Origin: Felis catus
Taxonomy: Eukaryota
Direction: 5' to 3'
NCBI RefSeq assembly: GCF_018350175.1
Contig: NC_058369.1
Location: 8,372,001-8,436,000, forward strand
Length of the DNA stretch: 64,000 bases
Below the pieces are notes generated by a model. The model was given only the letters and a program-made list of their open reading frames with translations, was not told the DNA's origin and did no database searches. Numbering within the stretch: the first letter of the stretch is position 1; each line of letters starts with the position of its first letter. Position numbers and translations under genes: made by a program. Below, piece after piece: positions 26,244 to 38,693 of the stretch.

Positions 26244-27131
26244 GTGAGCTCCTCTCGGGTCAGCCCTGCGTGCGCTGTGCGTCCTTGGGCAACTTACTCA
26301 ACCCCCCTGAACTTCACTTCCATTTACCTGAAAGCATGTATGTTATGAAATCACCTGCTGCAGGACTGAGATTTAATGAGGTCAAAGTGTGCAGAGCTCC
26401 TGTCTTTGAGCTCAGGGGTAACACGGTACGGTTCGATGTTAAGCACTTTCCTGAGCTTATGGTGGAGGGATTCCCCTCCTGGGAATGACCCCAGAGAAAC
26501 TCGCACCTGTAATCAGAGATGGGCTCAGGATCACGCAGAGCAGCACTGGCCTAACAGCAAAATGCTAGAAGCAACCCAGGTGTTCATCAGCAGAGTTAAT
26601 TTAAAGAATTGTTTTAAACTGTGGTGAGACACGTGTAAACACAAGGATACTAGTGGGCTTATTTTATTGTTGTTGTTGTTCTTAATTTTTTTTAATGTTT
26701 ATTTATTTATTTTTGAGAGAGAGACAGAGACTGAGCAGGGGAGGAGCAGAGAGAGAGGGAGACACAGAATCCGAAACAGGCTCCAGGCTTCGAGCTGTTA
26801 GCACAGAGCCCAACACGGAGCTCGAACTCACAAACCGTGAGATCATGACCTGAGCTGAAGCTGGACGCTCAACCGATTGAGCCACCCAGGCACCTCTTTT
26901 TTTTTTTTTTTTTTTTTTTTAAGGGCGTGCACACGCACAAGCAGGGGAGGGGCAGACAGAAGAAGAGACAGAATCCCAAGCAGGCTCTGCGCCATCAGTG
27001 CAGAGCCTGATGCAGGGCTTAAACTCACGAACCGTGAGGTCATGACCTGAGCCAAAACCAAGAGTTGGATACTTAACCGATTCCGCCACCCAGGCGCCCC
27101 AATGAACAATATTTTAAAAACAGTATCCTTT

Positions 27132-27350
27132 GGGGCGCCTGGGTGGCGCAGTCGGTTAAGCGTCCGACTTCAGCCAGGTCACGATCTCGCGGTCCGTGAG
27201 TTCGAGCCCCGCGTCGGGCTCTGGGCTGATGGCTCAGAGCCTGGAGCCTGTTTCGGATTCTGTGTCTCCCTCTCTCTCTGCCCCTCCCCTGTTCACGCTC
27301 TGTCTCTCTCTGTCCCAAAAATAAATAAATGTTGAAAAAAAAAATTAAAA
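27132..27350 (+). mobile_element. Young SINEC_Fc-like element in LDLR intron 5 with TSD
   Basis: Near-identical to the element at 92-301; TSD AAAAACAGTATCCTT at 27116-27130 and 27351-27365. Confidence 0.9.
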
Positions 27351-28160
27351 AAAAACAGTATCCTTGTGGGGCGCCTGGGTGGCAGAGTCAGTTAAGTGTC
27401 CAACTCTTGATCTTAAGTCTTGATGGAGAAAAAAATATTTTTAATTATAGTACCTAGAGACTGAAACAAACTTTTTTTTTTAAATGTTTTTTTTTTAATT
27501 TTTATTTTTTTAAACGTTTATTTATTTTTGAGACAGAGAGAGAGCATGAATGGGGGAGGGTCAGAGAGAGAGGGAGACACAGAATCTGAAACAGGCTCCA
27601 GGCTCCGAGCTGTCAGCACAGAGCCCGACGCGGGGCTTGAACTCACGGACCGCGAGATCATGACCTGAGCCGAAGTCGGACGCTTAACCGACTGAGCCAC
27701 CCAGGCGCCCCTGAAACAAACTTTTGTGAACAAGAAGTTAAATTCTGATAATGGACTTTTTAAAAATTGTGTTAGAGGTGCTTGTGTGGCTCACGTGGGT
27801 GCCTGGGTGGCTTACGTGTATGACTTCAGGTCAGGTCATGAGCTCATGGTTCGTGAGTTCGAGCCCCGCATTGAGTTCCCTACTGTCAGTGTGGAGTCCG
27901 CTTTGGAGTTTTGGATCCTCTGTCACCCTCTCCCTTTGCCCCTCCCCCAGTTGCGCGCACACGTGTGTGTGCTCTCTCTCTGTCTCTCTCAAACTAGCTA
28001 ACTGAATAAAAATTGTAGTCACCTGCGTATAACAAATTTTGCCTTCGTCACCATTTTTAACGGTTTATTTCTGTGACCCTGATTACATCACGTTTTATTT
28101 ATGAATACATTTACATGTAATTTCATATAAATGAGCTATCATGTTAATAAAGAGTAGTAA

Positions 28161-28358
<198 letters not shown>

Positions 28359-28649
28359 TGAACTTGTGGGGAGCTGGAGTGGGACTCAGACATGATACTT
28401 TGGGGCTGCAAGGCTCCTGCCCAGCCGTGCCCGTGAGTGCTTTAGCTTTAGCTCCGGGGCGACACGGACATGGGGGTCCTTGGGGATAAGGGGCTTTGTT
28501 TCCAAGCCTGTGTTCACATCTGTAGGATGGGACAGTGATGGTTCACATACCCTGCTGGGGGGGTGGCTGACGGGATGCTTGTAAAGTTTCAGCAGTGCTT
28601 CGTGAACCATAACTATGTAAATATTTTGGACTTTACCAGCTGTAAGGTC

Positions 28650-28910
28650 TGTCACAGCTATTCAACGGGGTGTTATAGCAGGAAAACGGCATACGGATGT
28701 ACACGCATGTGCGCACGAATGCGTGTGGCCGTGCTCCAAGAAAACCTTATTATGGACACTGATGTTTGGATTTCACAGACCTTTTATGTGGCACAAAATG
28801 CTGGTTTTCTTTGGATTCTTAGTTTTCTTTTCAACCATTTAAAAACCGTAAAAAACTGTCCTTAGCTTTCGGACAAGAACAGATGGTGAGTTGGCTTTGG
28901 CCGAAGCCCT
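28650..28910. mobile_element. MER58-like hAT DNA transposon relic
   Basis: Motifs gtcacagctattcaac, gtgtggccgtgctccaagaaaacc, ttcaaccatttaaaaa; recognised by eye. Confidence 0.55.
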
Positions 28911-29583
28911 GTGAAAAGCGCCAGGTCGTGGATGCTGGACCTTAAGCGCCCTGAGTCCGGTCCAGCACTGTTGGGCAAGTGATTTAGCCTCGCCTGGGCC
29001 TCAGTTTCCACAACTGTAGTTGAGCTATCTATAGGGCTGTTGGGAGTTCGTATATGCAACTGTGGAACACAGTTTTTATTTTTTTATAATCAAGAACATT
29101 TTGAAATGTGGTTGACAAAAAAATAACGTTCAGATTTACCTTCTTAACCAGTTTTAGGGGTAACGTTCAGCAGTGTTAGTACATTCGCGTGGTCCTACAG
29201 CCCTCACCACCATCCATCTTGAGAACTTCCTCATCTTCCCAAACTGGGCCTCTGTGCCCGTGAAACACTGACTCCCCGCCCCCTCCCCCAGCCCCTACCC
29301 CCCCCCCCATCTACTTCCTGTCTCTGACTTTGACTCCACTAAGGACCTCCTAGGAGTGAATCCTCCAGTATCTGTCCATCTGTGCCTGGCGTATTTCACT
29401 CAGCGGAATGTCCTCCAGGTTCATCCGTGGCATTGCACGTGACAGTGGTTATTTTAAGACCTTTTAGGGGACTTGGTAGTTCACGGGCCTCCACGTCATT
29501 GTGGTGATTACGATAAGGCTGATGAGATAGCGCAGGGAGGCTGACGACCTGAGCGTGACCGGTCTGTGTCCCTCCTGTCGCAG

Positions 29584-29703
29584 AGACCGACGAGTGTCTG
29601 GACAACAGGGGCGGCTGCTCCCACATCTGCAACGACCTCAAGATCGGCTATGAGTGCTTGTGCCCCGAGGGCTTCCAGCTGGTGGACCAGCGAAGATGTG
29701 AAG
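29584..29703 (+). CDS. LDLR: LDL receptor exon 7 (EGF-A)
   Basis: cgcag|...|gtgatt; 120 nt; [39 protein letters not shown]. Confidence 0.97.
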
Positions 29704-30151
29704 GTGATTCCCGAGCCACCCCGGCCCTTTCCCCTCGTGTGGTGGCCCAACCCTCTGTGCCTCAGTTTCCCTGTCTGTTAAGTGGGCACGAAAGCGGTCC
29801 TGACCTCACAGGCCTGTTGGGAGGATTTGATGAGGTGCCAAATGCACGGGCCATTCTAGCACAGGCTTGGCCCCCGAGGAGCACCCTGTCCTTGCCTTTG
29901 GGGATTAATAATTAAGAAAGAGATCTCGGCTGACGCAGCCTTTGCTCTGCTTGGCTGCACCCCTGAGGTGAACGGGGAGGTCAGGGTCACTGCTGGAGAT
30001 GACACTTGGCTATTTCAGTGTGTTCGTTTCTGAACCTGATGGTCACCAAGACCCTGCCACTGGGAGGGATGGCTTTCGGTGGGAGCCCTCACTCCCGTCA
30101 GCACCCCATGAGGAAGAAGCCCCAAACCCCTTTCTGTGTCCCGGCTTGCAG

Positions 30152-30277
30152 ATATCGATGAGTGTCAGGATCCCGACGTGTGCAGCCAGCTCTGCGTGAA
30201 CCTCGAGGGCAGCTACAAGTGCGAGTGCGAGGCGGGTTTCCAGCTGGACCCCCTCACCAAGGCCTGCAAGGCTGTGG
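30152..30277 (+). CDS. LDLR: LDL receptor exon 8 (EGF-B)
   Basis: tgcag|...|gtgagc; 126 nt; [41 protein letters not shown]. Confidence 0.97.
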
Positions 30278-31411
30278 GTGAGCCGGGGGCGGGGGCGGGG
30301 ACGGCGCCGGGAGCAGATGCGGTGGCGGGTTTCATCATGTGAACTTTGCATACACTCCAAAGACCCGGGCAGACCGTGTGCCCTCTGGCAGAGGGATGAG
30401 CGGCCCAGTTAGGAACTTGCTGGGAGGCTGCCCGCACATGTCCAGCTTCTCTGGGGACACAGGTCAATTGCACAGGGAATGGTTTGCGGCCCCCAGCCCG
30501 GCCAATGGCTTTAGGGGACAAGAGGTGAAAAGCAATGGCCCTATGAAGGGCCCGCTCCCCCTCCAGCTGTTTTGGGAGGTCTTTTTGTTTTTTGTTTTTC
30601 TTAGAGCTAGAGCATGAGTGGTAGGAGGGGGAGAGGGAGGGAGGGAGGGAGAGAGAGAGAGAGAGAAAAGGAATTTTAAGCAGGCTCCACGCTCCGTGCA
30701 GAACCAGACATGGGGCTCAATCCCACAACCCTGGGATCATGACCTGAGCCCAAACCAAGAGTTGGATGCTCAACCGACTGAGCCACCCATGCACCCCTTG
30801 CTGAAATATTTTAGATCGCTTCCGTTTCCTCAAGCATCTGTTTTAACCTTGAAGTTTTTCTCCCCTGTTGTCATCCCTTTGTGACCGTTCCTTGGGCTCC
30901 CTCTGTCACACCCCTGTGCGTTTCCTGGTTCTGGGGAAAACTGGGGACAGAGATCATAAAACCCTCTAGGATTTGAGATACTACTTTCGTTCCAACCTGT
31001 AGGGCCAGTGTCTATACAGATCCTTCCCAGGGGTAGGCGTGGCGTTGTGGGGAGGGGTCCTGAGTGAGGTCCGTTGTTCCCGTGGTCAGCTCATTGGTGA
31101 ATGTCAGTGTCATGGTTACAGCACAGCCGCCAGAGTCGGGACAACGTGGGTTTGAGTCCCAGCTCTGCCGTTTACTAGTTGGTGTGACCTTGGGCTAGTC
31201 CCCTCCCCTCTGAGCTCTGATCCCCTTCTGTGTAAAGGGACTTTGACAACACCCCTGGCCTCCTAGGAACGTGAGGATCAGTGAGGGAAAACGTGGTATG
31301 AACAGCACTGAGCAGAATTTCCTGCCCTAAGGAATCCCTGTGGACACATTAACTTATCATTTCTTCATATTTATGTTCCAAAATGTAAAATTCTGGGGAC
31401 CCAGTGTTTTA

Positions 31412-31505
31412 TTTATTTTTTAAAGTTTATTCATTTTGAGAGAAAGAGAGAGAGTGCATGAGCAGGGGAGGGGCAGAGAGAGAGAGAGGGAGGGAGGGAG
31501 GGAGG

Positions 31506-31559
<54 letters not shown>

Positions 31560-31682
31560 CCCAAGCAGGCTCCAGGCCCTGCACTGTCAGCACAGAGCCA
31601 GATGCGGGTCTCGAACTCACACACTTTGAGATCGTGACCTGAGCCAAAGTCAGACGCTTAAATGACTGAGTCACCCAGATGT
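31412..31682 (-). mobile_element. CAN-SINE with expanded (GA)n/(GGGA)n tract and 16-bp TSD
   Basis: TSD GGGACCCAGTGTTTTA at 31396-31411 and 31683-31698; purine microsatellite at about 31475-31555. Confidence 0.88.
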
Positions 31683-31710
31683 GGGACCCAGTGTTTTAAA
31701 ATGTAGGTTT

Positions 31711-32491
<781 letters not shown>

Positions 32492-32581
32492 TGAGCCTTG
32501 GAGCCACACCCAGCGCTCAACCCCCGGTGGCGCGGGGGCCCCTCTCACTGACGCTCTCCTTCCCCTGCTCCTCCCCCTCAG

Positions 32582-32809
32582 CACCCAAATCGACAGAGCC
32601 CCCGGCTTCTCCTCCTATGACACCGTCGTCAGCGAGGACCTCCAGGCCCCCGATGGGCTGGCGGTGGACTGGATCCACAGCAACATATACTGGACAGACT
32701 CCATCCTGGGCACCGTCTCCGTGGCCGACACCAAGGGTGTGAAGAGAAAGACGCTCTTCAAGGAGAAAGGCTCTAAGCCACGTGCCATCGTGGTGGATCC
32801 CGTTCACGG
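32582..32809 (+). CDS. LDLR: LDL receptor exon 10 (beta-propeller, YWTD)
   Basis: ctcag|...|gtgggt; 228 nt; [39 protein letters not shown]...[10 protein letters not shown]; preceded by a 91-nt intron with CACTGAC branch point. Confidence 0.97.
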
Positions 32810-34339
32810 GTGGGTGCTGCTAAAGCCGAGGGCCACGGAAGGAACGGAGAACATGGGCGGGGTTCAAGAACTGGTTAGGGCTCCAACCGGGGAAGGCGTG
32901 TGCCCGAGTTGGATTGTCCCCAGCCACAGTGGCTCCTGCTCTCAGGAAAAAGCAGGACCTGAACAGTCGCCCTTCCCCCACCCACCCTTTGGGAGCCAGG
33001 GGCCAATCCCTCTTGAGGTTCGCTGTGGTCCCCGAGATGGGAGCGGGCCCTGGAAAGCTGTGCCCTCAGGACGAGAGCCCCAAAACCAGAAGTTAGAATA
33101 TGGATTTTTTTTTATTTATTTACTTTGAGAGAGATGGTGTGAGCAGGAGAGGGGTGGAGAGAGAGAGAATCCCAAGCAGGCTCCATGCTGTCAGCACAGA
33201 GCCCGATGGGGGGGCTCAAACTCACAAGATCATGAGATCAAGACCTGAGCCAAAACCAAGAGTCAGACGCTTAACCGACTGAGCCACCCGGGCACCCCAA
33301 AGTAGGGATGTTTAAAATGGTATTCAAAATTAGTACTTATTTAAATCCCGATTTGGGATTTTATGGCCGAGTATCCTGTGCCTGGACAGGAAAGGTCAGA
33401 ACAGTCGGCCCTGATGGTAGTTTTGGGGAGGACGTCACAGGGAGTGAAGGTCGCCACGCCTCGGAGCCCCCAGGAGGGTGTTTGCAGGGCCCGCGGCTGA
33501 CTCAGCAGCTCCGGGGCCCACTTGGGGGGTACCCGTGTCCCCGCCCCGTGTACTGCGCCTGTTACGCCACACCTGCTGGGTGTGGAATTGCACAATTCTG
33601 GAAGGGCAGCCTGGCGGCAACAATCAGAGGAAAGGGGAACTCGGGAGAGAAGCACGAATCAGGTGGGCTAGAGCTGGGGTGCAGGTAGGCCTGGGTCCCC
33701 ATTGAACAAAACATTTGTTCTCGTTTGGCGGAGGGCCACTCGGTTGAGTGACTTTATTCCCGCAGCTTTCAGAAAGAGAAAGACTCCCGGAGAAAACCAC
33801 TTAGATACAAGTCGTGGTACGTGCGTGCATGCGTGTGTGCGCGTGTGCCGTCTGCTCTTGTGTTTCCCCCCACAAATAGCCACACGTGATCACACAGTGT
33901 TCATCTGGCTTTTTCGTTTGGCGTATGGGGTTCATTCCCTGTTGGCTTGTTGAGCCACGATTTCCTTGTACCCAGTGTGTGGAAATTTAGTTATTTTTCC
34001 CCCTTACCTCACACAAAGGCTGCAGATACCTTTGAATACCTTTGAATGTGAGTCACCGCAGTTTACCTGCAGGACTGTAGATTCTAGATTCTTCATTCCA
34101 GAAGTTGGATTACTAGCTCCGGGGGTACGGGCGTGGATAGAGCAGCAAATTGTCGTTCAGCACCTGGATTGTGAAACCGACCCTCCGTCCAGAAGGGCAC
34201 CCGAAGACTCCTTTCCCTCGCTGTCGGCAGCAGGTCTTCACTCTTGCCAGTCATTATGGGGAGACTGCTGGTACATTTGTCTACTTGTGAGTTCGAGCAT
34301 CTCTTCAGAGGCTCAAAAGCCATCGGAGATCCGCTTCTC

Positions 34340-34795
34340 GGTGTAGATGGGAAAGCAGCGAACGCAGGCATGTGAGCAGGGATTTGTAGCCCCACGTTCA
34401 CAGCTGCCAGGGTATGGGCCCCCCCAGTGGACGAAGGAGAAACTAAATGTGGTCCGTCCACCCAATGGCATTTTACTCAGTCTCAAAAAGGAAGTAAATT
34501 CTGGCACCAGGGACGAACCTTGGGGACATTATGCTAAGTGCAAGAAGCCAGACACAAAAGGACACATATTATAGGATTCTACTTCCAGGGGGTCCAGAGG
34601 AGTCCCATTCATAGAGTCAGAAAGCCGAGTGGTGGGTGCGGGGGGCTGGGGGAGGTGAAGGAAGAGGCGGCATTTAATGGGGTCAGAGTTTCAGCTTGGG
34701 AAAATGGGAAAGTTCCGGGGATGGCTGGTGGGGATGGCTGCATGGCGGTCTATGTGTACTTAAGGCCACTGACTGGATACTTAAAAACGATCAAG
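34340..34795 (+). mobile_element. Old L1 (L1MB-like) 3' fragment
   Basis: Motifs aaaaggaag, gaaccttg, attatgctaagtg, agaagccagacacaaaag; similar pieces at about 36650-37300, 45890-46110, 57560-57880 and 62540-62940. Confidence 0.65.
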
Positions 34796-35373
34796 ATTGT
34801 TTGGGGCGCCTGGGTGGCTCAGTCGGTTGAGTGTCCGACTTCGGCTCAGGTCATGATCTCACGGTTCATGGGTTCGAGCCCCGCGTCGGGCTCTGGGCTG
34901 ATGGCTCAGAGCCTGGAGCCTGTTTCGGATTCTGTGTCTCCCTCTCTCTCTGCCACTCCCCCACTCATGCTCTGTCTCTCTCTGCCTCTCAAAAACAAAC
35001 ATAATAAATAAATAACAATCGAGATGGTTTATGTGGCGTATATTTTGCCACAATTAAAAAAATCGTTTTAAAGCAAAAAAAAAAAAATTATAAAATTAAA
35101 AATGTATAAAAGCCTTCAGAAAGGCTGAAGGGTATACATTACGGGTCCTGGTCCTGACGTTGGAATCAAAGTCTCCCTTTGTTCTTGAAGGTTCTAAATC
35201 CTGCCAGGTCTCCCCATGTTGCAGGCACTAGGGTAGCGGAAGAACCAGTCCAAGGTCTCCTTGGGGGGCTTCTTACAATTCCTGGCCTGCTGCTCCAGAT
35301 GGAGGCCGCTCTTCGGGGCACGCTGGGCGCCTCCCCCACTGACCTTCTCCTGTTCATGCTACTCTCCCACCAG

Positions 35374-35492
35374 CTTCATGTACTGGACGGATTGGGGAAC
35401 CCCCGCCGAGATCAAGAAGGGGGGTCTGAACGGCGTCGATGTTTACTCGCTAGTGACGGAGGATATCCAGTGGCCCAATGGCATCACCCTGG
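35374..35492 (+). CDS. LDLR: LDL receptor exon 11 (beta-propeller)
   Basis: accag|...|gtatgt; 119 nt; [39 protein letters not shown]. Confidence 0.97.
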
Positions 35493-35701
35493 GTATGTCC
35501 TTGGGACCGTGGTCCCTGGGGTCCACACGGCCCCGGAATGGGGTTGTCACTCATACATGGTGGTGGGTTGTTGGGGCTACTTTTCTGGGCACATCTCCGC
35601 CGGGTCCTTGGGGATGCTCCTTCCTGCGGGGAGTGGAGTGGCCAGGCCCGGGCCCCTTGGGCATCGGCGTATGACCTCTCCTTGTCCACTGTGGGTTCTA
35701 G

Positions 35702-35841
35702 ATCTTTCTGGTGGCCGCCTCTACTGGGTTGACTCCAAGCTCCACTCCATCTCGAGCATTGATGTCAACGGGGGGAACCGGAAGACCGTTTTGGAGGATG
35801 AGAAAAAGCTGGCACACCCCTTCTCCTTGGCCATCTTTGAG
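35702..35841 (+). CDS. LDLR: LDL receptor exon 12 (beta-propeller)
   Basis: tctag|...|gtgggg; 140 nt; [46 protein letters not shown]. Confidence 0.97.
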
Positions 35842-36442
35842 GTGGGGGCTGGAAGCAAGTGGTTGCTCCTTGGGCGCCTGAGGGGATTCACATCCAAGTC
35901 CCGGTTACTGAGCACGACTGACATAGGAGGCGTAAGCGCTCAGGCTAATGGGTCAGCCCACATTGTCTAGTTCATCCAAGCCAGGACTAACTTAGAAGAC
36001 TGTGGCTGTAAAAAGGTCTTAGATCTGGAGTTATTTCTATTTTCTTCTCATCAAAAGAGTCAAAGAGTTGTTGCTTGGTTTTTTGGGGGTTTTTTATGTT
36101 AATTTTTTCTTTGAGACCGAGATCACAAATGGGGGAGGGACAGAAAGAGAGGTTGAGAGAGAGAATCTCGAGCAAGTTCCATGCTGTCAGCACAGAGCCT
36201 GACGCAGGGCTAGATCCCACAAACCATGAGATCGTGACCCGAGCCGAAATCAACAGTCAGACGCTTAACTGAGTCACCCAGGGGCCCCCACGTTGCTTTT
36301 TTTTCTTTTCTTTCTTTTTTTTTTTTTCTTAAGTAAACTCTACCCCTAGTGCGGGGCTCGAACTCAAGACTCTGAGATCAAGAGTCACACACACTCCCAA
36401 CAGAGCCCTCCGAGCACGCCCTCTCCAAAAGAGTCTTAGAGT

Positions 36443-36635
36443 AGGAATTCTCACTTGGAGGCCATCTTGCCGCCCAGGGGACATTTGGCACTTTCTGAAG
36501 ACTTTGGTTGTTGCACTTGAGGGGGGGTTACTAGTTCCTAGTGGATAGAGGCTGGTGACCACCCTTCAAAGAGAAGAGGGGACCAGCCAAAGTGGGTTGT
36601 CTGGCCCGAGTAGCGCCACAGCGGAGAAGGCCTCT
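36443..36635. mobile_element. MER20-like DNA transposon relic
   Basis: cccaggggacatttggca...ttggttg...tagtggatagaggc motifs. Confidence 0.6.
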
Positions 36636-37854
36636 GAGGAAATGTTGCTATATTCGTACACCCGTGTTCAAGCAGCAGGATTCACAACAGCCCAGAGGTG
36701 GAAGCGACCTGGGTGTCCCATCAGAGCTGATCTGCTAAACAAGATGTATATCTATACACTGGAATGTGGTTCAGCCTGAAAAAGGAAGGAAATTCTAACA
36801 CATGCTCCAACACGGACGAGCCTTGAGGGAACTAAGCCAGACACAAAAGGACAGATGCTGTAGAATTCCATTCTTTTTTTAAACTTTTTAAAGTGCGCAT
36901 GCGGGCGAGCAAAGGAGGGGCAGAGAGAGAGGGAGACCGAATCCCAAGCAGGCTCGAACCTCAGATGTGGGGCTGGAACTCCTGAACCGTGAGATCATGA
37001 CCTGAACTGAAATCAAGAGTCAGATGCTTAACCAGCTGAGCCACCCACTCGCCCCTGTAGAATTCCACTTACATGAGGTCCCTAGAGGAGTCCCATCCAT
37101 AGAGACAGGAAGTAGATGGGGGGGTGGGGGGGGGGAGTCAGTATTTCATGAGGACAGAGTCTCAGTTTGGGAAGATGAGAAAGTTTGGGGCATGGGTGGT
37201 GGGGAGGGCTGCACAACCATGTGAATGTATTTCATGCTACTGAACACACTGAAAAAGGGTTAAGATGGTCAGTTTTGTGTGTATTTTATACATTTAAACT
37301 TTTTGAGTTTTTAACAATGTTTTTATTTTTGAGAGAGACAGAGTATGAGCAGGGGAGGGTCAGAGCGAGAGGGAGACACAGAATCTGAAACAGGCTCCAG
37401 GCTCTGAGCTGTCAGCAGACAAACTGTGAGACCGTGACCTGGGCCGAAGCCGTCGGACCCCCAAGCCGACTGAGCCACCCAGGCGCCCCACAATTAGAAC
37501 TTTTTTATTTTGTAAAAAAATTTTTTAATGTTTATTTTTGAAAGAGAGAGAGAGGCAGACAAAGCATGAGCAGGGGAGGGGCAGAGAGGGAGGGAGACCC
37601 AGAATCCGAAGCAGGCTCCAGGCTCCAAGCGGTCAGCACAGAGCCCGACACGGGGCTCGAACTCACGGACCGTGAGATCACGAACCGAGCTGAAGTCAGA
37701 CGCTCAACCGACTGAGCTACGAAGGCGCCCCAAAACTTTTTTTGAAGAAAAAATAAATGAGGCTAGTGCCACCTAGTGCTGCTTCTTCCCGGAGATTCGT
37801 GTGCCCTCTGCCCATGGTTAATGGGATCTGCCATCTCTTTTCATGCCCGTATAG

Positions 37855-38082
<228 letters not shown>

Positions 38083-38107
38083 TGACTCCCTGCCTCTTCC
38101 GCCTCAG

Positions 38108-38260
38108 GGGTGAACTGGTGTGAGAGGACGGCCCTCCGCAACGGTGGCTGCCAGTACCTGTGTCTCCCGGCCCCACAGATCAACCCCCACTCACCCAAGT
38201 TCACCTGTGCCTGCCCGGATGGCATGCTGCTGGCCAAGGACATGAGGAGCTGCCTCATAG
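38108..38260 (+). CDS. LDLR: LDL receptor exon 14 (EGF-C)
   Basis: ctcag|...|gtaggg; 153 nt; [50 protein letters not shown]. Confidence 0.97.
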
Positions 38261-38510
38261 GTAGGGGAACCAACCTGGGCACGAGTCCTGCTTCCGCCAC
38301 CCTTGTGTCTGTAACACTCGTGAATCTCCCGTTTGGAGTACAACCAATGATGGAATAACGACACCGTTACTAGCAGGTTTCAATTTTCACTACATTGATT
38401 TTATTTCTTTGTGGCCAACGGCACGCACTTCCTCTCCGTGGTCACAAGCAGCACAGTTATCAGAGGGGCACTTGGGCCGCGGGCCACTCAGGAGATGTTT
38501 CTTCTTTCAG

Positions 38511-38693
38511 AGCCCGAACCTGTCGTGACCCCCCGGGCGACCTCCACGGTCACGGTCAGGTCAACGGTGCGCTCCACAGCCGTGAGGACGACAGTGCGCC
38601 CCCCAACCGCGGGGCCAAAGCACACAGCCGGCCCATGGTCCGTGGCCAGCCCTGAGTTCACCACGCCTGAGACGGTGACAGTGTCCCACCAAG
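38511..38693 (+). CDS. LDLR: LDL receptor exon 15 (O-linked sugar domain)
   Basis: ttcag|...|gtagat; 183 nt; Ser/Thr/Pro-rich PEPVVTPRATSTVTVRSTVRSTAVRTTVRPP...ETVTVSHQ; keeps frame between exons 14 and 16. Confidence 0.93.

Noticed and set aside
35408..35410. Glu in TPAEIKK where human has Lys
   Set aside because: It is a single surface substitution. The known acid-release residues (the DWG and QWP tryptophans, SKLH, EKKLAH) are intact.
35179..35970. 263-aa ORF, the longest in the window
   Set aside because: It is a chance read-through of intron 10, exon 11 out of frame, the 209-nt intron 11 and exon 12 in frame. Only the exon 12 part is real coding sequence.
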